From: an uncultured Methylobacterium sp.
GTDB lineage: Bacteria > Pseudomonadota > Alphaproteobacteria > Rhizobiales > Beijerinckiaceae
Direction: 5' to 3'
NCBI GenBank assembly: GCA_964526275.1
Contig: CAZGKS010000001.1
Coordinates: 800 to 34,726 of the forward strand
DNA length: 33,927 bases
Positions 26,814 through 33,927 of the stretch are shown piece after piece (position 1 is the first letter of the stretch; every line of letters begins with the position of its first letter). A model generated the notes under the pieces. It searched no databases and was not told where the DNA came from. It saw only the letters and a program-made list of their open reading frames with translations. The translations under genes and the position numbers were made by a program.

Positions 26814-26902
26814 GCGGTCTTCCTTATGCGGTCTGTTGCCCCCTCGACAGGGATATATCGGTTATGGCGTTCTCACAAGGGTAGCTGGTGCGCGCGAAGC
26901 GC

Positions 26903-27958
26903 TTAAAAATGCCGGAAGGATGGCTGCGGAAATGCCACCGGCGCGCCGGAAGGGGCGATAAATTCCTTACTGACTTCCTTGGGGACATCCTTGGAGGCTC
27001 CCTTGCTAACTTCTTGGGGGAATTCTTGGGGCGTGCCGGGAGTCAAGACGCCGATCCGGGTAACCGCCACACCCGCCTTGGCTGCCAGCGCGCAAAAATC
27101 TGGCTCGTGCTGCGGCGGGATCGCGCATAAAATCTCGTAATCATCGCCGCCGGTATAAAGCTTCGTCCAAACCCGGGGATCTTGCGCCAAGGCCGCGCGG
27201 GCAGCGGGCGAGAGCGGTACATCCGCCAGGTGCATCGCATGGCCGCAGGCAGGCGCAAGCTTCAGGCTGTCCCCCACCAAACCATCGGAAATATCCATCG
27301 CCGCGCTGGCATAGGCGCGCAAGGCGGGCCCCAGCGCCAGCCGCGGCACGGGATGCAAAAACCGATCGATCAGGAAATCGCGGTGCTCGCCCGCCAGCGC
27401 AAGGGCCAGCGCGCTGTCGGGCGCAGAAAGCAGCGCCAGCCCCAGCGCGCTGTCGCCGATTGTGCCGGTAACATAGAGCGCATCGCCCGCCGCTCCGCCT
27501 TCACGGCGGATAAAAGCGCCCTCTGGCATCTCGCCGAACGCTGTGATCGATAAAAACGCGTGCGGCGTGCCAACGGTATCGCCGCCCAGCAGCGGGCAGC
27601 CAAAGGCGCGGGCATCTTCTGCCAGAGCGGTGGCAAAGGCGCTCAGCCACGCATCGCTCATCGCCTCCGAGCGTCCAAGCCCCAGCAAGAACCCGCGCGG
27701 GGTGGCGCCCTTGGCCGCCAGATCCGACACATTGACCCGCAACGCCTTGCGGGCCAGGCTTTCGGGTGGATCTTCCGGGCGGTAATGGCGCCCTTCAACC
27801 AGCATATCTTTGGTCACGACAAGCTGGCAACCGGGCGTGGGCGCAAACACGGCGGCATCATCGCGCAGGTTAAACGCGCCCTCCCCCGCCATGGGCGCGA
27901 ACAAGGCCGCGATCAGCTCGAATTCGCCGAGCGGCGGCGTGGGCACGGATGCGCTCAC
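26903..27958 (-). CDS. thiL: Thiamine-phosphate kinase
   Basis: GEFELI, DDAA, VNVSDLAAKGA, GGDT, AMDISDGL and GGDDYE motifs. Confidence 0.95.
   Translation of the reverse strand: MSASVPTPPLGEFELIAALFAPMAGEGAFNLRDDAAVFAPTPGCQLVVTKDMLVEGRHYRPEDPPESLARKALRVNVSDLAAKGATPRGFLLGLGRSEAMSDAWLSAFATALAEDARAFGCPLLGGDTVGTPHAFLSITAFGEMPEGAFIRREGGAAGDALYVTGTIGDSALGLALLSAPDSALALALAGEHRDFLIDRFLHPVPRLALGPALRAYASAAMDISDGLVGDSLKLAPACGHAMHLADVPLSPAARAALAQDPRVWTKLYTGGDDYEILCAIPPQHEPDFCALAAKAGVAVTRIGVLTPGTPQEFPQEVSKGASKDVPKEVSKEFIAPSGAPVAFPQPSFRHF
26960..27031 (-). repeat. Degenerate 6 x 12-bp in-frame repeat in the 3' end of thiL (PQEF PQEV SKGA SKDV PKEV SKEF)
   Basis: Plus-strand units aaattccttact, gacttccttggg, gacatccttgga, ggctcccttgct, aacttcttgggg, gaattcttgggg. 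Confidence 0.8.
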
Positions 27959-28443
27959 GCGCCAAGCTCCTGCGCGCGGTTTTCGCGCGCCAGCTTGTCA
28001 AGCACGGCATTGACCATGCCGACCTCATCGCGCTCCAAAAAGGCGGAGGCAATATCGACATATTCGCTAAGCGTAACCCGCACAGGCGTACCGGGTTTGT
28101 AGAGCAGCTCATACGCCCCTGCCCGCAACACCGCGCGCAAGATCGCCTCGATGCGCTCCAGCGGCCAGGTGGGGTCGAGCGCGGCGTGGATTGCTTTGTC
28201 GAGCGCAACCTGCTGCGCCAGCACCCCTTCGATCAACGCGCGGAACAGCTTGCCTTCAGCGGGTTTATACTGCTCGCCCTCGACCTCGCGCCCCATCCAG
28301 AAGCTCTCGAATTCCGCCAGAACCTCATTAAGGCCCTTTTGCACAATATCCATCTGGTAGAGGGCCTGCACCGCAGCAAGGCGCGCGGCGGAGCGTTTCT
28401 CCCCGCGCGAGAACGGCTGGTCTGGTTTGGGGGTCGTGTTCAT
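27955..28443 (-). CDS. nusB: Transcription antitermination factor NusB
   Basis: RSAARLAAVQALYQ, LRAGAYEL and VNAVLDKLAR; operon context. Confidence 0.96.
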   Translation of the reverse strand: MNTTPKPDQPFSRGEKRSAARLAAVQALYQMDIVQKGLNEVLAEFESFWMGREVEGEQYKPAEGKLFRALIEGVLAQQVALDKAIHAALDPTWPLERIEAILRAVLRAGAYELLYKPGTPVRVTLSEYVDIASAFLERDEVGMVNAVLDKLARENRAQELGA

Positions 28444-28931
28444 GCCTGGCTCCCGCCTGTGGCGGCTGCCTTCGCCTGGTTGAGCGCATAAAGCGCGAGC
28501 GCGGCGCGGGCGGCATCCCCGCCCTTATCCATTTGGTTGGGGTCCGCCCGCTTTTCGGCTTGTTCATGGGTTTCGACGGTCAAGATCCCATTGCCCAAGG
28601 CGAGCGCGTGCCTTGTGGCCAGATCGAGCAGCGCGCGCGCGCTTTCCTGCGAGACGATTTCATAATGCGTGGTCTCCCCCCGGATCACCACACCGAGGGC
28701 AACAAACCCATCGATCTTGCGGCCGCTTTGGCGCAAGATTTCAATCGCGACCGGAATTTCCAGCGCGCCCGGCAGCGTGACAACCGTGCAGCTTGCCCCC
28801 GCCGCCTCGATCGCGCGGCGCGCGCCTGCGATCAGCTTATCGTTGAGCGCCTCATAGAACCGGCCTTCGACCAGCACGAAATGCGCCCCAAAGGCGGGCG
28901 AAACAGAAAAGACGCGGGCGCTTTCGGCCAT
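28440..28931 (-). CDS. ribH: 6,7-dimethyl-8-ribityllumazine synthase
   Basis: PGALEIP, LGVVIRGETTHYEIV and NGILTVE motifs. Confidence 0.96.
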   Translation of the reverse strand: MAESARVFSVSPAFGAHFVLVEGRFYEALNDKLIAGARRAIEAAGASCTVVTLPGALEIPVAIEILRQSGRKIDGFVALGVVIRGETTHYEIVSQESARALLDLATRHALALGNGILTVETHEQAEKRADPNQMDKGGDAARAALALYALNQAKAAATGGSQA

Positions 28932-28937
28932 AAATCC

Positions 28938-29579
28938 TCACGCGGTTTGAGCAAGGCGTGCTGCATAGCGCGCCAGCATATCAACTTCAAGATGCACATC
29001 GGCCCCGTTCTCCAGCGCCGCGAAGGTGGTATGCGCCACGGTATGCGGAATAAGCAACACGGAAAACGCATTTCCTTCCACCGTATTGACGGTCAGGGAG
29101 ACACCATCAAGCGCGACCGACCCCTTTTGCGCGATCAGCCGGTGGAGCGGCGCGGGCGCAACGAAGGTAAAGCGCACCGAAGGCCCCCAACTATCTTGGG
29201 CATGGGTAACTTCCTCGCGGGAAACGGTTTTTACCAAACCATCGACATGCCCGCTGACAATATGCCCGCCGAATTCATCGCCCGCGCGCATCGCGCGCTC
29301 CAGATTGATCCGGGTGCCGATCCGCCAAGCCCCAACCTTGGTGAGCGCCAGCGTTTCGGCGGCAGCTTCCACCTCGAACCAGTTTTGGGCAGGGTTGGCG
29401 CCCTGCCCGTGTATCGTGCCGCGCGCGGTGACGGTAAGGCACACCCCGGCACAGGCGATCGACGCGCCAAGCGCGATCGACGCGCTGTCATAGCGCGCAG
29501 CGATGCGCAACCGGCGCAGACCGGGCGCTTCTTCCAGCGCGATAAGTGTGCCAATATCTGTAATAATGCCGGTGAACAT
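28938..29579 (-). CDS. ribE: Riboflavin synthase (alpha chain)
   Basis: N-terminus MFTGII, GGHIVSGHVDG, KGSVALDGVSLTVN and LIPHT motifs. Confidence 0.96.
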   Translation of the reverse strand: MFTGIITDIGTLIALEEAPGLRRLRIAARYDSASIALGASIACAGVCLTVTARGTIHGQGANPAQNWFEVEAAAETLALTKVGAWRIGTRINLERAMRAGDEFGGHIVSGHVDGLVKTVSREEVTHAQDSWGPSVRFTFVAPAPLHRLIAQKGSVALDGVSLTVNTVEGNAFSVLLIPHTVAHTTFAALENGADVHLEVDMLARYAARLAQTA

Positions 29580-29581
29580 GG

Positions 29582-30703
29582 CTATATCCTGCAAATTTCA
29601 AGCTGGTCTGGCCCAAGCGGATAGGCATCGATACACGCGGCCTGCTGGCGGTAGCGGTGCAAAGCGGGCCCAAGGGCGGGGCGGCCTGTCCCCGCCGTGC
29701 CGGGCCCGGTCAAGAGGATCAATTCGTCGCAAAAACCTGCTTGCGCGAAGGCTTCCGCCAAAGTTGGCCCAGCTTCCACCAGCACGCGCTGCACCCCGCG
29801 TTCGGATAACAGGGCGAGCAGGGCGGCCAAATCCAGCCCGGTTGCGGGGCCCTGCCCGTCCTGCCCGCCGTTGTGCATAGGCACGGCCAGCGGCGCAAGC
29901 CCTGCAAGAGCTGGCACGTTTTCCGGGTGGGCGGTTGCCACCAGCACGGCGTGACGTGCGGCATCGCGCGCAAGGCGCGCGGTGATCGGCAGGCGCGCAT
30001 GGGTATCGAGAACCACCCGCAACGGCGTGCAAGACGCCATGCCCGGCAGGCGGCAATCGAGCAGCGGGTCATCGGCCAGCACGGTACCAATGCCGGTGAT
30101 CAGCGCATTGGCTTGTGCGCGCAGCCGATGCACATAGAAGCGCGCCCCTTCGCCCGTAATGGCAAGGGGGGTGTTGTCGGGGCGGGCGGCGAAACCATCC
30201 AGGGTTTGGGCCAGCTTGATCTGCACGAACGGACGGTTCTGGCGCATGCGCAAGGCATGCCCGGCGATAAGGGCCTCCGCCTTGGGCGCCAGCAGGCCGA
30301 TTTCCACGCCAATGCCTGCTGCGCGCAAGCGCTCCACCCCAAGCCCTGCCGCCAAAGGAGAGGGATCGGTTGCCGCGATTACCACACGCGCCAGCCCCGC
30401 CTGCAAGATCCGCTCAGAGCAGGACGGACCATCATGGCGCACTGAGCGGGCAAAGCACGGCTCCAAGGTTAAATACATCGTGGCCCCGCGGGCCTGCGCG
30501 CCCGCCTGCGCCAGCGCCTGCGCTTCGGCATGGGGGCGGCCGCCGGGTGCGGTCACCCCGCGCCCCAGCAGGCGCGCCGGGTTGGCATGCGGATCGACAA
30601 TCACCGCGCCAACCGACGGGTTGGGCGCGCTCAAACCCAGATTGCGCTGCGCCAGCGCCAGCGCGGCGTGCATAAAGCGCGCGTCATCCGCCGTAAAGGT
30701 CAC
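29582..30703 (-). CDS. ribD: Bifunctional riboflavin deaminase/reductase RibD
   Basis: [11 protein letters not shown]...TLEPC...C zinc site, [12 protein letters not shown] and VLVEAG motifs. Confidence 0.94.
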   Translation of the reverse strand: MTFTADDARFMHAALALAQRNLGLSAPNPSVGAVIVDPHANPARLLGRGVTAPGGRPHAEAQALAQAGAQARGATMYLTLEPCFARSVRHDGPSCSERILQAGLARVVIAATDPSPLAAGLGVERLRAAGIGVEIGLLAPKAEALIAGHALRMRQNRPFVQIKLAQTLDGFAARPDNTPLAITGEGARFYVHRLRAQANALITGIGTVLADDPLLDCRLPGMASCTPLRVVLDTHARLPITARLARDAARHAVLVATAHPENVPALAGLAPLAVPMHNGGQDGQGPATGLDLAALLALLSERGVQRVLVEAGPTLAEAFAQAGFCDELILLTGPGTAGTGRPALGPALHRYRQQAACIDAYPLGPDQLEICRI

Positions 30704-31170
30704 GTATCCCCCTCCAGCGGCTGGGCGGAAAGATCGGCGATCAGCGCGCCAAATTCCTGCACCTCGCTGAAATTCATATACACCGAGGCAAACCGCACAT
30801 AGGCTACGTCATCCAGCGCGCGCAACGCGGCCATCACCATACGGCCAATGGTGTCAGAGGCGATTTCATCCTCGTTCTGGCTTTCGAGCCTGCGCACCAG
30901 ATCGCTGATCAACCGCTCGATCCGCTCTGCCGCCACAGGGCGCTTGCGCAAGGCCAGCTCGATGGACCGCGCCAGCTTGTCGCGATCAAACGGCACTTTG
31001 CGCCCTGAGCGCTTGATAACCACCAATTCGCGCAAGTGAACGCGCTCATAGGTGGTGAAGCGTTGCCCGCATTCGTTGCACACGCGCCGCCGCTTGATCG
31101 CCGCCAGGTCCTCGACCGGGCGGCTATCCTTGACCTGACTATCGGGCGCGGCGCAATAGGGGCAGCGCAT
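30700..31170 (-). CDS. nrdR: Transcriptional repressor NrdR
   Basis: MRCPYC...KDSR...[16 protein letters not shown], an ATP-cone domain and [10 protein letters not shown]. Confidence 0.97.
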   Translation of the reverse strand: MRCPYCAAPDSQVKDSRPVEDLAAIKRRRVCNECGQRFTTYERVHLRELVVIKRSGRKVPFDRDKLARSIELALRKRPVAAERIERLISDLVRRLESQNEDEIASDTIGRMVMAALRALDDVAYVRFASVYMNFSEVQEFGALIADLSAQPLEGDT

Positions 31171-32474
31171 CAGTAGATCGGAAAACGGTTCGTGAGCGCT
31201 ACAACCCGCTCGCGGATTTGAGCCTCCACGGCGCTGTTGCCCTCTTCGCCGTTGCGCGCCAAACCATCGACCACCTCAGCGATCAGATCCCCCACCAGCT
31301 CGAATTCCGCCACCCCGAACCCGCGCGAGGTTGCCGCCGGTGTGCCCAGCCTTACCCCCGATGTGATGGTCGGTTTTTGGCTATCGAAGGGAATGCCGTT
31401 TTTGTTGCAGGTAATATACGCGCGGCCAAGCGCTTTTTCGGCGGCAAGACCGGTCACGTTTTTGGGGCGCAGATCCACCAGCATCAGGTGGTTGTCGGTC
31501 CCGCCAGTAACAATGGCGCAGCCGCGCGCCTGCAAGCGGGCGGCCAGCGCCTTGGCATTGGCCACGACCTGATGCGCGTAAGCCGTGAAATCGGGTTGCA
31601 GGGCCTCCAGGAGGGCGACCGCCTTGGCGGCAACCACATGCATGAGCGGCCCGCCTTGCAAGCCGGGGAAAACGGCGGAATTGAATTTTTTCGCCAAGGC
31701 GGCATCGTTGGTTAAAATCATGCCGCCGCGCGGCCCGCGCAACGATTTATGCGTGGTGGTGGTCGCCACATGCGCATGCGGAAACGGCGAGGGATGCGCC
31801 CCGCCCGCCACCAGCCCGGCGAAATGCGCCATATCGACCATCAAATACGCGCCAACCTTGTCGGCAATCGCCCGGAAGCGTTCAAAATCCCAAACGCGCG
31901 AATAGGCCGTGCCGCCCGCGATGATCAATTTGGGTTTGTGTTCCAGCGCCAACGCTTCGATTGCGTCATAATCGAGAAGGTGGTCGCTCTCGCGCACCCC
32001 ATAGGGGACAACCTTGAACCATTTGCCGCTCATATTGACTGGCGAACCATGCGTTAAATGCCCACCGGAATTGAGATCGAGCCCCATAAACGTATCACCG
32101 GGCTGCAACAAAGCCAGAAACACCGCCTGGTTCATCTGGCTGCCGGAATTGGGCTGGACATTGGCAAACTCGCACCCGAACAGCTGCTTGGCGCGCGCAA
32201 TGGCCAGTTCTTCCGCCCTGTCGACGAATTGGCAGCCGCCATAATAGCGCTTGCCGGGATAACCTTCGGCGTATTTATTGGTCAAAACGGAGCCCTGCGC
32301 CTCCAGCACCGCGCGCGAGACGATATTTTCGGAGGCGATGAGTTCGATCTCATGGCGCTGGCGACCAAGCTCCAGGGTAATCGTTTGCGCGATTTCCGGG
32401 TCTCTATCGGCCAAGGAGGCCGAAAAAAACGAATTGGAGCGGGTGTAAGGCTGGGAGCGGGGCGTTTCAGACAT
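31170..32474 (-). CDS. glyA: Serine hydroxymethyltransferase
   Basis: [23 protein letters not shown] and the PLP-lysine motif [24 protein letters not shown] before the ATG at 32474. Confidence 0.98.
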   Translation of the reverse strand: MSETPRSQPYTRSNSFFSASLADRDPEIAQTITLELGRQRHEIELIASENIVSRAVLEAQGSVLTNKYAEGYPGKRYYGGCQFVDRAEELAIARAKQLFGCEFANVQPNSGSQMNQAVFLALLQPGDTFMGLDLNSGGHLTHGSPVNMSGKWFKVVPYGVRESDHLLDYDAIEALALEHKPKLIIAGGTAYSRVWDFERFRAIADKVGAYLMVDMAHFAGLVAGGAHPSPFPHAHVATTTTHKSLRGPRGGMILTNDAALAKKFNSAVFPGLQGGPLMHVVAAKAVALLEALQPDFTAYAHQVVANAKALAARLQARGCAIVTGGTDNHLMLVDLRPKNVTGLAAEKALGRAYITCNKNGIPFDSQKPTITSGVRLGTPAATSRGFGVAEFELVGDLIAEVVDGLARNGEEGNSAVEAQIRERVVALTNRFPIY

Positions 32475-32911
32475 GGCTTCCTCAAAGCAGGGCGGCGCGT
32501 AAACCAAGAGCGCTTCAACAGGGGTGCTCTCCTTAGAACATTTTTGTCCCCAAGGGAAACCACTCACCAAAGAAAATCGCGCAAAGCACAAAGCGCGCAT
32601 CGTATAAGGCGGCGTGTGTTTTTATGAACGAAACCTCCCATTCCAGGGCGTCCGATCGGATCCAATTGAAACGGAAAATGCTCCAGCCCCCAAAGATGCA
32701 TGGCAGGATTGTCTAAATCGAGCGCCCATGCCAAAAGGCGCTGGCTATAGCCTGAAGCAGGATTTGTTGTGAGGGAAACATATCAGGCTCTTATCTGTTT
32801 GTTAAAAAACGTGTCTTTTTCTTTTGATGGTTCCATCCAAAGCCAAAACGCTGTAACAAAGCGCCCGGCCCTGCCCTTGCGCTGCTCATATCCTTGCCCA
32901 TCCGTCACCCT

Positions 32912-32965
32912 CTCCTTGCCCTCATCGCCCTCCTTGCCCTCCTTGCCCTCCTTGCCCTCCTCGCC
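32912..32965. repeat. 9-bp tandem repeat x6 (CTCCTTGCC, two variant units) upstream of dusA
   Basis: Units at 32912, 32921 (ctcatcgcc), 32930, 32939, 32948 and 32957 (ctcctcgcc). Confidence 0.9.
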
Positions 32966-32997
32966 GCGCCCCCTCTTGAACCCTGAACGATCCCCGC

Positions 32998-33927
32998 ATG
33001 ATACCTGCTGACCTTGAGCCCCTCGCCCAACACGCTCCCCCTGCCCCGCAGCGCGCGGCGGCGGAGAGCTGGCGCTTTTGCATCGCTCCCATGATGGATT
33101 GGACAGACCGGCATTGCCGGTATTTTCACCGCCTGCTGACGCGTAAAACGCGGCTCTATTCGGAAATGGTGACCAGCGCCGCGATTATCCACGGCGATCG
33201 CGAACGCCTGCTCGGCTTTTCGCCGCAAGAGCACCCGCTGGCCTTGCAACTGGGCGGCTCTGACCCGGCCGAACTGGCGCAAGCGGCGCAACTTGGCGAG
33301 GCGTTCGGCTATGATGAGATCAATCTCAATTGCGGTTGCCCCTCTGACCGCGTGCAAAGCGGCCAGTTCGGCGCCTGCCTCATGCTCACGCCCGCCCTTG
33401 TTGGCGATTGCGTGGCCGCCATGCGCGCGCAAACCCGCGTGCCGATTACAGTGAAATGCCGTATCGGCGTCGATGACCAAAACCCCGAGGACACGCTGTT
33501 CGCCTTCGCGCAAACCGTGTATCAGGCCGGTGCGGATGCGTTAATTGTCCATGCGCGCAAGGCGTGGTTGCAAGGTCTTTCCCCGCGCCAGAACCGCGAT
33601 ATTCCCCCGCTCGATTACGCCCTCGTCCGCCGCCTCAAAGCTGCGTATCCGCATTGGCCGATCGTGATCAATGGCGGTATCGCCGATCTTGCAACCGCGC
33701 AAGCGCTGCTGCACCCCGCCGATACCGGGTTGCCCGCGCTCGACGGCGTGATGCTGGGCCGCGCGCCCTACCACGACCCCGGCTTGTTGCTCAACGTCGA
33801 TGCAGGCCTGTTTGCCGCCCCGAACCCCATGCCCGATCTTGAAACCGCGCTGGCCGCGCTGGTGCCCTATCTTGAAGCGCTGGTGGCGCGCGGGCATTCC
33901 CCGCACGCGCTCACGCGGCATTTGCTC
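32998..33927 (+). CDS. dusA: tRNA dihydrouridine(20/20a) synthase DusA (3' end outside the window)
   Basis: Read manually: FCIAPMMDWTDRHCRYFHR, LYSEMV, LQLGGSDP, NLNCGCPSDRVQ and VHARKAWLQGLSPRQNR. Missing from the ORF track because it has no stop inside the window. Confidence 0.96.
   Translation, partial: MIPADLEPLAQHAPPAPQRAAAESWRFCIAPMMDWTDRHCRYFHRLLTRKTRLYSEMVTSAAIIHGDRERLLGFSPQEHPLALQLGGSDPAELAQAAQLGEAFGYDEINLNCGCPSDRVQSGQFGACLMLTPALVGDCVAAMRAQTRVPITVKCRIGVDDQNPEDTLFAFAQTVYQAGADALIVHARKAWLQGLSPRQNRDIPPLDYALVRRLKAAYPHWPIVINGGIADLATAQALLHPADTGLPALDGVMLGRAPYHDPGLLLNVDAGLFAAPNPMPDLETALAALVPYLEALVARGHSPHALTRHLL

Noticed and set aside
13324-32474. fhs + fdh + glyA as a serine-cycle or reductive-glycine gene cluster
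   Set aside because: glyA is more than 11 kb from the fdh genes, in its usual glyA-nrdR-rib context. No folD/fch/mtdA, gcv or serine-cycle genes are in the window.
32475-32770. ZMP/ZTP (pfl) or glycine riboswitch upstream of glyA
   Set aside because: I could not find the ZTP core (GACTGGCG...CGCCTGGG) or the glycine aptamer core (CCGAAG...CTCTCAGG); only a GGAGAG and a weak hairpin are present. A cmscan run would settle it.
32769-33011. 80-aa ORF with PSL repeats upstream of dusA
   Set aside because: It is a translation of the 9-bp VNTR and AT-rich promoter DNA, with no RBS or family motif.
32998-33130. Island at the dusA 5' integration hotspot
   Set aside because: No tyrosine recombinase upstream and no duplicated dusA fragment; the site looks empty.

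Overview
GC-rich alphaproteobacterial chromosome segment, most like Hyphomicrobiales by gene content and protein style. It is mostly housekeeping. In order: the 5' part of the nuo operon (nuoA-B-C, an inserted exported DUF2059-like gene, partial nuoD); tRNA-Asp(GTC); maf; a TctCBA transporter plus a DMT/EamA gene; a PhnS2/T2/U2 (AepX-type) aminophosphonate ABC transporter; a frameshifted HAD phosphatase; fhs divergent from a two-subunit NAD-linked formate dehydrogenase of the Methylorubrum Fdh1 type plus a DUF1289 gene; dut-coaBC-ubiB-ubiE; an HDAC-family deacetylase; uxuA; thiL-nusB-ribH-ribE-ribD-nrdR-glyA; and partial dusA. I found no CRISPR array, integrase or transposase. Four things stand out. 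(1) A formate branch-point divergon (fhs versus fdh) with a perfect 18-bp palindrome over a promoter-like element, running on into a HAD phosphatase and an aminophosphonate transporter that has no catabolic genes in the window. (2) A small MITE-like family with ends TAA-TACCAA...TTGGTA-TAA, present as a 129-bp copy with three internal hairpins and a 24-bp collapsed copy, each overlapping a host TAA stop codon. (3) A 2-nt contraction in a GC dinucleotide run that frameshifts the HAD gene. (4) Many short tandem duplications, in frame inside genes and mostly out of frame between genes. Family assignments come from motif recognition by eye; no database searches were run.
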